NCBI GenBank assembly: GCA_035063585.1
Contig: JAPSGB010000003.1
Span: forward strand, 160,001 to 224,000
Direction of reading: 5' to 3'
DNA from: Polyangiaceae bacterium
GTDB taxonomy: Bacteria > Myxococcota_A > Polyangia > Polyangiales > Polyangiaceae
Length of the DNA stretch: 64,000 nt
The position numbers were made by a program, and so were the translations under genes. Each line of letters begins with the position of its first letter. The first letter of the stretch is position 1. Positions 1-9,633 of this stretch are shown in pieces. Under the pieces are notes generated by a model. The model was given only the letters and a program-made list of their open reading frames with translations. It was not told where the DNA came from and ran no database searches.

Positions 1-117
1 GCAGTCGCTGTTGCGCTCGCAGGCCTGGTTGTCCGCGCACGCGCCGAGCAGCGCGCTCGCGAGCGCTGCCGCGATGGCGGCCGAGAGTCGAGCCCAACGT
101 CCTCGCTCGGAAAGCAT
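1..117 (-). CDS. N-terminal part of a Cys-rich lipoprotein, runs off the window start
   Basis: Not in ORF track. Reverse strand from ATG at 117 reads MLSERGRWARLSAAIAAALASALLGACADNQACERNSDC: basic N-region, hydrophobic core, lipobox LGAC. Confidence 0.65.
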   Translation of the reverse strand, partial: MLSERGRWARLSAAIAAALASALLGACADNQACERNSDC

Positions 118-152
118 GGGGCCGAGGATAACACGCCGCGTCGAGGCAATTT

Positions 153-172
153 TGTCGCTCCGGCGCGAAACC
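153..172 (+). repeat. Intergenic motif copy TGTCGCTCCGGCGCGAAACC
   Basis: 18/20 identical to the reverse-strand copy at 9518-9537. Confidence 0.55.
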
Positions 173-236
173 GCTCGGGCGGCGACCGCGCGGGGGCCGC
201 GCGAAAATCGCGCGACTCGCCCCCATGGGTTAGGGT

Positions 237-731
237 TTGAGCGTGAAGCGTCGCTACCCGCTCGCCGCGCTCGTCGAGGTCCGCCGCCAGGCGGTCGACG
301 CGCGGGCGCGCGAGGTCGCCGAGCGGGCGCGGAGCGCGGAGCAAGCCGCGCGCGCCGCGGAGCGCGCCGCCGTCGCCGAGCGGGTGGAGACCGAGCGCCA
401 AGCGCGCGTGCTCGCGGAGGAGGCGAGCCGGGTCGAAGCCGGTGAGGCCAGGATCGCCGATCTCGCGGCGCGAGGTGCCTGGGCCGCCGGCGCCGCGGAG
501 CGCGCGCGGCTGCTCGAGGCGAATCAGGCGCGGGCGCGCGAGCGGCTCGCCACCGAGCGCGCGGCCGAGGCGCGCGCGCGCGACGCGCTCGCCGAAGCGG
601 ACGGTGACGCGCGCGCAGTCGAGGAGCATCGCGCGCGCTGGGACGCCGCGCGCGCCGCCGCCGCGGAGCGCGCCGAGGAAGAGGCGGCGGCAGAGGTGTG
701 GAGCGGGCGGCGCCGGGGGCCCCGCGGATGA
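237..731 (+). CDS. Coiled-coil protein, FliJ/SctO(YscO)-like
   Basis: About 160 aa, all-helical Ala/Glu/Arg; N-terminal RYPLAALVEVR and C-terminal EEHRARW...EEEAAAE resemble the FliJ/SctO pattern. Start TTG237 or GTG243; stop overlaps the next ATG (ATGA). Confidence 0.5.
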   Translation: MSVKRRYPLAALVEVRRQAVDARAREVAERARSAEQAARAAERAAVAERVETERQARVLAEEASRVEAGEARIADLAARGAWAAGAAERARLLEANQARARERLATERAAEARARDALAEADGDARAVEEHRARWDAARAAAAERAEEEAAAEVWSGRRRGPRG

Positions 732-3214
732 AGCGCGCGCTCGCGGCGTCGCTCCTCGCGCTCGTCGCCGGCTGCTCGGGGCAGCGGCGGCCACCTCCCT
801 CTCGGGCGATCGAGACGCCGCTCTCGGTGGAGCGACCCGCGGCGAGCGCGAGCGCCGCGGGCGCGGGCGCCGCAGGCGAGCCGCTCGCGCTCGACCGCTT
901 CACGCCGCTGCTCGCGCGGCCGGGGCTCGAGCGCGCCGCAGCGCTGGTCGAGGCGGGGGAGCCCGCGGGCGCCGCGCGCGAGGTCGCGCGGGTGATCGCT
1001 GCGGCGCCGCCCGAGGCAGAGGACGTGCCGCGCTTCCAGATGCTACTCGGTAGCCTGCGCGAGCGCGCGAGCGATCTCACCGGCGCCTTCGCCTCCTACG
1101 AGCTCGCGGCCGAGGCGCGCTGGCCACTCGCGAGCTACGCGGTCTTCGGCGCGGCGCGCGTCGCGCTGCGCGCAGGCCGCACGGACGACGCCATCGAGCG
1201 GCTCGGTCGTGTCCCGAGCGGGCTGCCCATCGCGGGCGCAGTGCGTCGGCTCACCGCGGAGGCCGCGCTCGTGAAGGGCGACCGCGACCTCGCGATCTCG
1301 ACCTGGCGCGAGCACCTCGGCGGCGAGCTGCCCGCCGCCGAGCGTCGGCGTGTCTCGCTCTCGCTCGCCGAGGCGCTGCTCGCGCGCGCGACCGCGCCGC
1401 GCGCGGCCGCGCGGCCGTCCGGGCAAGCGCGGCCGTCCGGGTCAGCGCCGCCGGCGGCGCCAGCGCCGCCGGCCGCGCCGGCGCGACCCACCCCTCACGA
1501 GGAGCTGGTGGAGGCGCTCGGGCTCGCCCGACGCGTCGCGCTCGAGCTCACCGGCTCGGGGAGCGCCGACCAACCGCGCGCCGAGCAGCTCGAGACGCGC
1601 ATCTTGGGCGTGTTCCCCAAGGCCGAGCGAGCGCGGCTCGCGCCGCGCTCGCTGGAAGACGAGCTCGTTCGCGTGCAGGCGCTGCTCTCCGCGCACCAGG
1701 ATGATGGCGCGGAGAAGGCCGCTGACGAGGTGCTCGCCGGGCTCCCGCCCGCCGCGCGCAATCAGGGTCTCGCGTGCGAGCTCGAGCTCCTCCGCGCCAA
1801 GGCGCTCGCCATGAAGCGCGAGGCCGGACGCGCCGCCGACGCGCTCGGTGAGCACCTGTTGCGGTGTAAGGGGGACGGCGACCAGCGCGCGCGCGCGCTC
1901 TATCTCGCGGGCCGGTACGCCGCTCGAGACGGCCGGCACAGCCTCGCCATCCAGCGCTTCGAGGAGCTCGAGAAGGAGTTCCCGCGCCATCGGCTCGCCG
2001 ACGACGCCCGGCTCCTGTCCGCGATCAGCTACTTCGAGCTCGGCGTGGAGGCGCGCTTCACCGAGCTCTTGTCGAGCATGCCCGACGATTTCCCGGAAGG
2101 GGACATGGTGGTCGACGGCGTGTTTCGACTCGCGCTCCGGCGCATCGAGAAGGGAGACTGGCCCGGGGCGGCGAACCTGCTCGATCGCGCTGCGCGGCTC
2201 GTCGGACCGCGCGACAGCGTGCGCGGCGCCGATTTCTCGGGCCGCGAGCGATATTTTCGAGCGCGCGCGTGGATCGCGACCGGTGAGCGTGAACGCGGCA
2301 CCACCGAGCTTGCCGCGCTCGTGCGGGAGCTTCCGCTCTCCTATTACATGCTGCAAGCGTGGTCGCGCCTCCTCGAGCTCGAGCCCGACCTCGCTCGGCG
2401 GGTTCGCGCCGAGGCGATCGCGAGCTCGACGGACGAGCCGTTCCGCTTCGAGTACCGGCCGGAATTCGACACCCCGGGGTTCCAGCGCGCGATGGAGCTC
2501 CTGCGGCAGTCGGACCTCGAGGCCGCCAAGGCGGAGATCGATGCGCTCGGTGTCGCCAAGCGGGGCGCCGATCCGGCGCTGCTCTGGGGGCTCGCGCTCC
2601 TCTACTCGCGCGCGGGCTCCGCCGAGCTGTCGCACCACGTGACGCGCGGGCTCCTCTCCGACTGGCCGCAGCGTTGGCCCGCGGGCGACTGGGTGAAGGC
2701 CTGGCAGCTCGCCTATCCCCGGCCGTATCACGCGGTCGTGGAAGGCGAGGCAAAGAAGAACGGGGTCTCCGAGGCCTTGATCTACGCGATCATGCGCGAG
2801 GAGTCGGCCTTCGATCCGCGCGCGGAGAGCCCGGCGGAGGCGTACGGGCTGATGCAGCTCGTCGTGCCGACCGCGAAGCTCTACGCGAAGGGCCTCCCGG
2901 TGAGCCCGAGCGCCTTGAAGACGCCCGTGATCTCGATCACGCTCGGCGCGCGCGCGCTCGCCAAGCTCGCGGGCACCTTCGAGAATAACCCGCTCCTCGC
3001 CATCCCTGCCTATAACGCGGGGCCCGGTCGTCCGCGGAGGTGGGCGCGGGGCCGCCCGAACGCCGAGTTCGACGTCTGGGTCGAGCTCATCCCGTTCCGC
3101 GAGACGCGCCGCTACACGAAGCGCGTGCTCTCGAGCCGCGCCGCGTACACCATGCTCTACGACCCGGACCACGCGGAGGCGGCGCTCGAGCTCCCGCTCG
3201 TCCTCGCGCCATGA
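728..3214 (+). CDS. Lipoprotein lytic murein transglycosylase (Slt70-like, TPR/helical repeats plus SLT domain)
   Basis: Lipobox MKRALAASLLALVAGC from ATG728; SLT motifs AIMREESAF, AYGLMQL, AYNAGPG, ETRRYTKRV. Confidence 0.9.
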   Translation: MKRALAASLLALVAGCSGQRRPPPSRAIETPLSVERPAASASAAGAGAAGEPLALDRFTPLLARPGLERAAALVEAGEPAGAAREVARVIAAAPPEAEDVPRFQMLLGSLRERASDLTGAFASYELAAEARWPLASYAVFGAARVALRAGRTDDAIERLGRVPSGLPIAGAVRRLTAEAALVKGDRDLAISTWREHLGGELPAAERRRVSLSLAEALLARATAPRAAARPSGQARPSGSAPPAAPAPPAAPARPTPHEELVEALGLARRVALELTGSGSADQPRAEQLETRILGVFPKAERARLAPRSLEDELVRVQALLSAHQDDGAEKAADEVLAGLPPAARNQGLACELELLRAKALAMKREAGRAADALGEHLLRCKGDGDQRARALYLAGRYAARDGRHSLAIQRFEELEKEFPRHRLADDARLLSAISYFELGVEARFTELLSSMPDDFPEGDMVVDGVFRLALRRIEKGDWPGAANLLDRAARLVGPRDSVRGADFSGRERYFRARAWIATGERERGTTELAALVRELPLSYYMLQAWSRLLELEPDLARRVRAEAIASSTDEPFRFEYRPEFDTPGFQRAMELLRQSDLEAAKAEIDALGVAKRGADPALLWGLALLYSRAGSAELSHHVTRGLLSDWPQRWPAGDWVKAWQLAYPRPYHAVVEGEAKKNGVSEALIYAIMREESAFDPRAESPAEAYGLMQLVVPTAKLYAKGLPVSPSALKTPVISITLGARALAKLAGTFENNPLLAIPAYNAGPGRPRRWARGRPNAEFDVWVELIPFRETRRYTKRVLSSRAAYTMLYDPDHAEAALELPLVLAP

Positions 3215-3284
3215 GGTGCCGCGGGCCCGGGCGCGCGCCGGGTGCCTTTACGTCGCGGCCGGCGCCGCTTAACGTGGAGTCTCG

Positions 3285-3686
3285 ATGACCCACGACGAGC
3301 GAGTCGAGAAGAGCGAGGCCGAGTGGCAGCGCGAGCTCTCGCCGGAAGTCTACGCGGTGACTCGGCTGAAGGGGACCGAGCGGCCCTTCAGCGGAAAATA
3401 CTACCGTCACCACGAGGCCGGCACTTACACCTGCGCCTGCTGCGGCGCGCCGCTCTTCAGCTCACAGGCGAAGTATGAGTCCGAGTGCGGCTGGCCGAGC
3501 TTCACCGCGCCCTCCGGCGATGAGCGCGTCGCGCTCGCGCCGGACACCTCGCACGGCATGGTCCGCACCGAGGTCACCTGCCGGCGCTGCGGCGCGCACC
3601 TCGGCCACCTCTTCGATGACGGCCCGCCGCCGAGCGGCGCGCGCTACTGCATCAACTCGGCGTCGCTCGGGTTCGTGGACGACTGA
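3285..3686 (+). CDS. msrB: Peptide-methionine (R)-S-oxide reductase
   Basis: GTERPFSG, CACC zinc site, GWPSF, HLGHLFDDGP, RYCINS. Confidence 0.97.
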   Translation: MTHDERVEKSEAEWQRELSPEVYAVTRLKGTERPFSGKYYRHHEAGTYTCACCGAPLFSSQAKYESECGWPSFTAPSGDERVALAPDTSHGMVRTEVTCRRCGAHLGHLFDDGPPPSGARYCINSASLGFVDD

Positions 3687-3693
3687 GCCGCGC

Positions 3694-4422
3694 ATGGGCC
3701 TGCCGTCGAACCCAATCCCCGTCTCACGCGTGATCCTCCGCACGCTCGGCGGGAGCGCGGCGGTGCTCGCCGCGGCCGCCACCGGGCGCCTCGATCGCGC
3801 GGCGGCCACGCGCCACATCGACGACTGGTCGCGCGCGCTCGTCGAGCTCGCGGAGCTCGAGCTCGTGGTGCGCGGGCGGGAGCACCTGCCGCCCGCGAGT
3901 GAGCCGCTGGTCGTGATGAGCAACCACCAGTCGCATTTCGACATCGTGTGCCTGTTCCAGGCGCTCGAGCGGCCCCTGCGGATGATCGCCAAGAGCGAGC
4001 TCTTTCGGCTCCCGGTGTTCGGGCGCGCGCTCCGCGCCGCCGAGTTCGTCGAGCTCGATCGCGGCAACCACGCGCGCGCGCTCGCCAGCCTCCAGGCGGC
4101 GACGCAGAAGCTCAGGAGCGGCCTCAGCGTGTGGATCGCCCCCGAGGGGACGCGGAGCGAGACGGGGCGCGTGGGCGCGTTCAAGAAGGGTGGTTTTCAC
4201 CTCGCGCTCGAGACGGGCGTGCGGATCCTACCGGTCGCCATCGAGGGCACCCGGCGCGTGCTCCCCGCTCGCTCGTTCTCGCTCACGCGCGGGCTCCCGG
4301 TCGAGATCGGCTTCGCGCCGCCCGTCGATCCGGCTGAGTTTGGCGCCGCGCGGCGCGACGAGCTCATCTACGCGGTGCGAAGCGCGATCGTCGCTCGGCT
4401 CCCCGAGGAGCTTCGCGGGTGA
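3694..4422 (+). CDS. 1-acyl-sn-glycerol-3-phosphate acyltransferase (PlsC family)
   Basis: NHQSHFD (HX4D), APEGTRS, FKKGGF motifs; start re-picked at ATG3694. Confidence 0.9.
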   Translation: MGLPSNPIPVSRVILRTLGGSAAVLAAAATGRLDRAAATRHIDDWSRALVELAELELVVRGREHLPPASEPLVVMSNHQSHFDIVCLFQALERPLRMIAKSELFRLPVFGRALRAAEFVELDRGNHARALASLQAATQKLRSGLSVWIAPEGTRSETGRVGAFKKGGFHLALETGVRILPVAIEGTRRVLPARSFSLTRGLPVEIGFAPPVDPAEFGAARRDELIYAVRSAIVARLPEELRG

Positions 4423-5498
4423 GGCGCGCTCGGGCGCTCCTCGGCGCGCTCACGCTCGCGCTCGCGGGCACCGCGGCGTCTTGCGCGCCGCCAGCAGCGC
4501 CGCCCGAGCCGGCCGCGCGTCCTCGAACCCCGCGAGCGCCAGCGACGGCCGCGCGCGCGGCAACCCCGGCGCCGAGCGCGCCGTCGGCGAGCGGCGCGCC
4601 GTCGGCGAGCGGCCCGTCGTCGGCGAGCGCGGAGCCCGCGCCGGCGTCGCCGAGGTTCCCTCCGGCGGCCGTCACGCCGCCGAACGAGCGCACCGCCGCC
4701 CCGGGTGACGGCGCGTGGAGCGAGCTCGCGCCGGGCCTCGCCAAGACGCTAGTCCACCCGCACGCCTTCAAGAAGCATGTGGTGGTCACCGTGGTCGCGA
4801 TGGAGCTCGCGCGGCTCGAGGTCCACCTGGCGGCGGGGACGCTCGAACCGGAGGCGAAGGGCGTCCCGGCGGAGCGCCGGACCGGGCTGGTGCCGGCCGA
4901 CCAGCGCGCGCGGCTCGTCGCGGTGTTCAACGGCGGCTTCAAGGAGCGCCACGGCGGCTTCGGGATGCGCCTCGGGGACGACGACTTCACGCCGCCGAAG
5001 CCCGCCGCCTGCACGGTCGTGCTCACGAAGGACTCGCGCGTGGCCATCGGGACCTGGGAGCGCGTGGCCGAGCGCGCTCGCGAGAGCGCGGGCTGGCGGC
5101 AGACGCCGCCCTGCCTCATCGAGGACGGAGCGCCGCACCCCGACTTGAAGAGCGAGTACAAGAGCCGAAAGTGGGGCATGAGCGCCGAGGGAAAGACGGA
5201 CATCCGGCGCTCGGCGCTCGCGGTCGACGAGTCCGGCGGCGTGCTCTATTTCGCGCTCGGCGAGTGGCTGACGGCGCCCGAGCTCGCGCGCGGGCTCCTC
5301 GCGCTCGGCGTGCGTGACGCGGCCGAGCTCGACGTCAATTACTCGTATACGCGCTTTCTCACCTACCCCGCGGATGGCGGCGCGCCGGTGGGGCTCGTCA
5401 AGGACGTGAAGCACGCGCGCGGCGAGTACACCGACAGGCCGTCGGCTCGAGACTTCTTCTACGTGCTCACGGCCGAGCGCTCGCCACGAGGGCGTTGA
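4419..5498 (+). CDS. Lipoprotein with phosphodiester glycosidase (NAGPA-like) domain
   Basis: Signal ending TAASC, Pro/Ala linker, FNGGF, RSALAV, AELDVN motifs; GTG start overlaps the plsC stop. Confidence 0.65.
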   Translation: MRRARALLGALTLALAGTAASCAPPAAPPEPAARPRTPRAPATAARAATPAPSAPSASGAPSASGPSSASAEPAPASPRFPPAAVTPPNERTAAPGDGAWSELAPGLAKTLVHPHAFKKHVVVTVVAMELARLEVHLAAGTLEPEAKGVPAERRTGLVPADQRARLVAVFNGGFKERHGGFGMRLGDDDFTPPKPAACTVVLTKDSRVAIGTWERVAERARESAGWRQTPPCLIEDGAPHPDLKSEYKSRKWGMSAEGKTDIRRSALAVDESGGVLYFALGEWLTAPELARGLLALGVRDAAELDVNYSYTRFLTYPADGGAPVGLVKDVKHARGEYTDRPSARDFFYVLTAERSPRGR

Positions 5499-6399
5499 TG
5501 GTGGCGCGGTGCGCGATGACCTCATGGCGCTCTCCGCCGATGCGAAGCCGCATCGCGGTCGAGAATCCGCCGTCGAGGTTCAGCGCGTAGCGCGCGCCGA
5601 GCTCGCCGGCCAGCCACTCGGCGAACTCGAGGAGCGTGGGGCCGGTCGAGGTCGAGGCGGGCGTGAGCCGAATGACCGTGTCGGAGGTCGGGAAGGCCGC
5701 TCGCGCGTCGAACGCGATGACCAGCAGCACCGCGCCGTCGGCGGTGATGGCGAGCGCCGAGCGCGCGTCACGCGGCAGATCGGGGCGCGGCCGCACCAGC
5801 ACCTCGCCCGCGTCCACCAGCCGGTCGATGCTCTGGAGGGCGACCGAGGGCGAGCGCGCCTGGTAGTCGTCACGGTGGACCACGAACGGCACGCCGGCCT
5901 CGACGCCGAACACCCCCGAGCCGCCGCGCGGGGAGAGCGGCGCGAGCTCCTTGCCGCCCGCGAGCACGAGGCCCATCGGTCGATTCTGCTCGTAGAAGCC
6001 GCCGTTGATACTGGCGAAGTCCCCGGCGGGCTCGTGCGCGGCGGTGATGCGCGCGAGCGGGCGCGGCCTCGGCGCGGGGATGAGCTCGAACCGCGTCTTC
6101 GCGGGGAGCGCGCGCGCCACCCACAGCTGCCCGTGGGTCTCCCGGGCAGCGTAACGATAGAGCGTCGCGCCGAGCGCGTCGCCGGGCGCGCCGAGCGCAC
6201 GCTCGACGCTCAGGGCCACCCCCGCGTCGGGCCTCGCGGGCGCGCTCGCGAGCGGTGGCGCCGCCCGGGCCAGCCGAGGGGCGCTCGCCGCGCTCGAGGC
6301 CGCGCGCTGGCTGCCGCTCGCGGGCGAGAGGCGCGGCTCGCGTGAGCACGCCGCGACCGCGAGGAGAGCCAAAATGACCCGCGGTGACCGTCCGCCCAT
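5467..6399 (-). CDS. Lipoprotein with phosphodiester glycosidase (NAGPA) domain
   Basis: Lipobox LAVAAC after ATG6399; INGGFY, ARSALAI, ALNLDGGFST motifs. Confidence 0.8.
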   Translation of the reverse strand: MGGRSPRVILALLAVAACSREPRLSPASGSQRAASSAASAPRLARAAPPLASAPARPDAGVALSVERALGAPGDALGATLYRYAARETHGQLWVARALPAKTRFELIPAPRPRPLARITAAHEPAGDFASINGGFYEQNRPMGLVLAGGKELAPLSPRGGSGVFGVEAGVPFVVHRDDYQARSPSVALQSIDRLVDAGEVLVRPRPDLPRDARSALAITADGAVLLVIAFDARAAFPTSDTVIRLTPASTSTGPTLLEFAEWLAGELGARYALNLDGGFSTAMRLRIGGERHEVIAHRATINALVASARP

Positions 6400-6454
6400 G
6401 CGGGGCTCGTAGCACGTCTTGCGCCGCGCCGAGGGTGCGGTTACGGCCCGGAGC

Positions 6455-8413
6455 ATGTCCGACGACGGCTCCGCCGAACCGACCGCCGAAGAGGCTCGAG
6501 AGTCCGAAATCGCGGCGCTCGCGGAGCACGGCCACACCGACGTCGAGATCCAGTGGCTCGAGAACGTGTATCAGGGCGACGACGTCCCGCAGCTCACGCT
6601 CCGCGCGGTCGTGATGGGCCTCGTGCTCGGCTCGTTCATGGCCTTCTCGAACCTCTACGTCGGGCTGAAGACGGGCTGGGGGCTCGGGGTCGCCATCACG
6701 GCGTGCATCATGAGCTGGGCCATCTTCAAGGGGCTCCGGCCGATCTTGAAGACCGAGCCCACCATCCTCGAGAACAACTGCATGCAGTCGACGGCGTCGG
6801 CCGCCGGCTACTCGACGGCCTCCACGCTGGTGAGCGCGTTCAGCGCTTATCTCATGATCACCAAGCATCACCTGCCGATGCTGCTCGTCATGGGGCTCGT
6901 GTTCTTTCTCGCCATGCTCGGCGTCTTCATGGCGGTGCCCATGAAGCGCAACATGGTGAACATCGAGCAGCTCCCGTTCCCCTCCGGCACCGCCGCAGCC
7001 GAGACGCTCCGCTCGCTCTTCACCGAGGGCAGCGAGGCGATGAAGAAGGCGCGCGCGCTCTTCTGGGGCATGGGTATCGGTGGCGTGCTCGCGTTCCTGC
7101 GGGACGGGATGGCCGACCTCACCGAGCGCCTCAAGCTGGGCGCCTGGGCGTCCTATCTCACCGTTCCTGCCTTCTTGCCGATCGACAAGTGGCTGAAGAA
7201 GCTCGGCTGGGATCGCGCCGCGACCGTGGTGTCGCCGGGCGGCTACACCTTCTCGCTCGAAATGAGCCTCATCCTGGTCGCGGCCGGCGCGATCATGGGG
7301 ATCCGCGTGGGCGCCTCGATGCTGGTCGGCGCCGTCCTCTGCTACGGGGTGCTCGCGCCCATCATGCACCACCTCCCGGCGGCCTCCGGGCACGGGGTGG
7401 TCATCGAGGTGCTCGGCTACCGCGGCATCGTGAGCTGGAGCGTCTGGGGCGGCGTCTCGCTCATGACCACCGCCGCGCTCCTCAACTTCGGGCTCCAGTG
7501 GCGCACGCTGGTGCGCGCGTTCTCCGGGCTCGGTCGCATCTTCTCGAAGGACGAGCCGGGCGCCACGGTGGACCCCATGGCGCGTATCGAGGTGCCGACC
7601 AAGTGGTTCGTGGTGGGCGGCTCGCTCGCCGCCATCGGCGCGGTCGCCATCAACCGCTGGGCGTTCGAGATCCCGGTGTGGCTCGGGGTCCTCGCGGTGC
7701 TCATCAGCGCGATCCTCGCGATCGTGGCGTGCCGCGCCACCGGCGAGACCGACACCACCCCCATCGGCGCGCTCGGCAAGATCACGCAGCTCACCTACGG
7801 CGTGCTCATCCCGCAGAACATCACTGCCAACCTGATGACGGCGAACGTCACCTCGTCGATTGCGGCGTCGAGCGCCGATCTCCTCACCGATCTCAAGAGC
7901 GGCTACCTCCTCGGCGCCAACCCACGCAAGCAGTTCCTCGCGCAGTTCTTCGGGGTGTTCGCCGGCACGCTGGTGGCGGTGCCCGGCTTCTACCTGCTCG
8001 TCCCCGACGCGAGCGTGCTCGGCGGCGACAAGTTTCCGGCGCCCGCAGCGCAGGTGTGGAAGGCCGTCGCCGAGCTGCTCGGCGAGGGCGTGCACGCGCT
8101 CGACCCGACCGCGCTCTGGGCGATGGCCATCGGCGGCGCGGCCGGCATCGTCATCACCCTCCTCGAGCGGAGTCTTCCGAAGCACCGTCATCTCATCCCG
8201 TCGCCCACCGGCCTCGGGCTCGCCTTCGTCATTCCTGCGTGGAATTCGATCAGCATGTTCGTGGGCGCGCTCATCGCGTGGCGCTTCGCTAGAAAGCGCG
8301 CCGAGGCGGCCGAGACCTACACCATTCCGGTCGCCTCCGGGCTCATCGCCGGCGAGAGCATCATGGGGGTCGCGATCGCGGTCATCAGCGTCGTGAGCGG
8401 CCTGGTGGATTAG
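6455..8413 (+). CDS. OPT/YSL family oligopeptide transporter
   Basis: QLTLRA, NLYVGLKTG, ENNCMQS, LPFPSGTA, DLKSGYLLGANPRKQ, FPAPAA, SGLIAGE; many TM helices. Confidence 0.93.
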   Translation: MSDDGSAEPTAEEARESEIAALAEHGHTDVEIQWLENVYQGDDVPQLTLRAVVMGLVLGSFMAFSNLYVGLKTGWGLGVAITACIMSWAIFKGLRPILKTEPTILENNCMQSTASAAGYSTASTLVSAFSAYLMITKHHLPMLLVMGLVFFLAMLGVFMAVPMKRNMVNIEQLPFPSGTAAAETLRSLFTEGSEAMKKARALFWGMGIGGVLAFLRDGMADLTERLKLGAWASYLTVPAFLPIDKWLKKLGWDRAATVVSPGGYTFSLEMSLILVAAGAIMGIRVGASMLVGAVLCYGVLAPIMHHLPAASGHGVVIEVLGYRGIVSWSVWGGVSLMTTAALLNFGLQWRTLVRAFSGLGRIFSKDEPGATVDPMARIEVPTKWFVVGGSLAAIGAVAINRWAFEIPVWLGVLAVLISAILAIVACRATGETDTTPIGALGKITQLTYGVLIPQNITANLMTANVTSSIAASSADLLTDLKSGYLLGANPRKQFLAQFFGVFAGTLVAVPGFYLLVPDASVLGGDKFPAPAAQVWKAVAELLGEGVHALDPTALWAMAIGGAAGIVITLLERSLPKHRHLIPSPTGLGLAFVIPAWNSISMFVGALIAWRFARKRAEAAETYTIPVASGLIAGESIMGVAIAVISVVSGLVD

Positions 8414-8451
8414 TTCATATCTTGTCGAGGCCGCTCACCCGAGAGCGTGGC

Positions 8452-8467
8452 TGCCGGTTCGGCGCGG
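8452..8467 (+). repeat. Intergenic motif copy TGCCGGTTCGGCGCGG
   Basis: Matches consensus TGYCGGTNCGGCGCGG. Confidence 0.5.
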
Positions 8468-8641
8468 TGGGCTCGCGGCCGCCGTCGTCGGCGCCGTCAC
8501 CGCCCTCGACCCCGGGCCGCGGCCCCTGTCACGGTCCTCTCACGGAGGCGAGCGAGCATGTCTCGGGAAATCTCGAGCCCAGGCGCTCGGGTGACGCGCC
8601 GGCTGTCGCGGCCCGCGCCGGGTGAGGTAGCTTCTCGAGCC

Positions 8642-9484
8642 ATGGGACTCCTCGACGGAAAGGTCTCGGTCATCACGGGCGCCGGCAACGGCATCGGGCG
8701 CGCGACCGCGCTGCTCTTCGCGCGCGAGGGGGCAGCGGTGGTCGTGAACGACGTGGGCGGGCCCCGCGACGGCAGCCAGACGGATCCGGCGCCCGCCGAT
8801 GCGGTCGCGCGCGAGATCGTGGAGTCGGGCGGGCGCGCCGTCGCGAGCCACGACTCGGTGGCGACGCCGGAGGGCGCGGGCAAGATCATGGAGCGCGCGC
8901 TGGAGGCCTTCGGTCGCCTCGACGTGCTCGTCAACAACGCCGGCATCTTGCGCGACAAGACGCTGCTCAAGATGGACCGGGAGCTATGGGACGCGGTGCT
9001 CGACGTCCACCTCACCGGCACCTTCCTCTGCATCCAGGCGGCGGTCCCGCACCTCCGGAGCTCGGGGGGCGGAAGGATCGTCAACACTACCAGCGTGTCG
9101 GGCCTGCTCGGCAACTTCGGCCAGGCGAACTACTCGGCGGCCAAGGCGGGCATCTACGGGCTCACTCGCACCGCGTCCATCGAGCTCCAGCGATACGGGA
9201 TCACGGTGAACGCGGTGGCGCCCATCGCCAAGACGCGGATGACCGAGGATCTTCCCATGTTCGAGAAGCTCTCGACGCTCACGCCGGAGCACGTGGCGCC
9301 CGCGCACCTCTTCTTCGCGAGCGGGCTCTGCGGCGAGCGCTCCGGCGAGGTGCTGAGCGTCGCGGGCGGAAAGATGAGCATCTACAAGGTGGTGGAGAGC
9401 CTCGGCCGCTTCAAAGAGGGCGACCACGGGGTGTGGACGGCCGCCGAGATCGCGGAGCACTGGGCCGCCATCAGCCGGCTCTAG
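8642..9484 (+). CDS. Short-chain dehydrogenase/reductase (MFE-2-like hydroxyacyl-CoA dehydrogenase type)
   Basis: TGAGNGIG, VVVNDVG, NNAGILRD, GNFGQANYSAAK; start ATG8642. Confidence 0.92.
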   Translation: MGLLDGKVSVITGAGNGIGRATALLFAREGAAVVVNDVGGPRDGSQTDPAPADAVAREIVESGGRAVASHDSVATPEGAGKIMERALEAFGRLDVLVNNAGILRDKTLLKMDRELWDAVLDVHLTGTFLCIQAAVPHLRSSGGGRIVNTTSVSGLLGNFGQANYSAAKAGIYGLTRTASIELQRYGITVNAVAPIAKTRMTEDLPMFEKLSTLTPEHVAPAHLFFASGLCGERSGEVLSVAGGKMSIYKVVESLGRFKEGDHGVWTAAEIAEHWAAISRL

Positions 9485-9517
9485 CCCGGCGCGCGACGGG
9501 TCGGGCGGCCCGCGCCA

Positions 9518-9537
9518 GGTTCCGCGCCGGACCGACA
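9518..9537 (-). repeat. Intergenic motif copy TGTCGGTCCGGCGCGGAACC
   Basis: Reverse complement of ggttccgcgccggaccgaca. Confidence 0.6.
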
Positions 9538-9633
9538 TCCCCCCGGCGCGGCCCCGGCCGATTGCTGCCCCGGGGGGCGGGTGTTAGCTTTTTCGAGCGC
9601 GTCCCGCGCCCGGGGGGCTGCGTGAAGCTCGGC

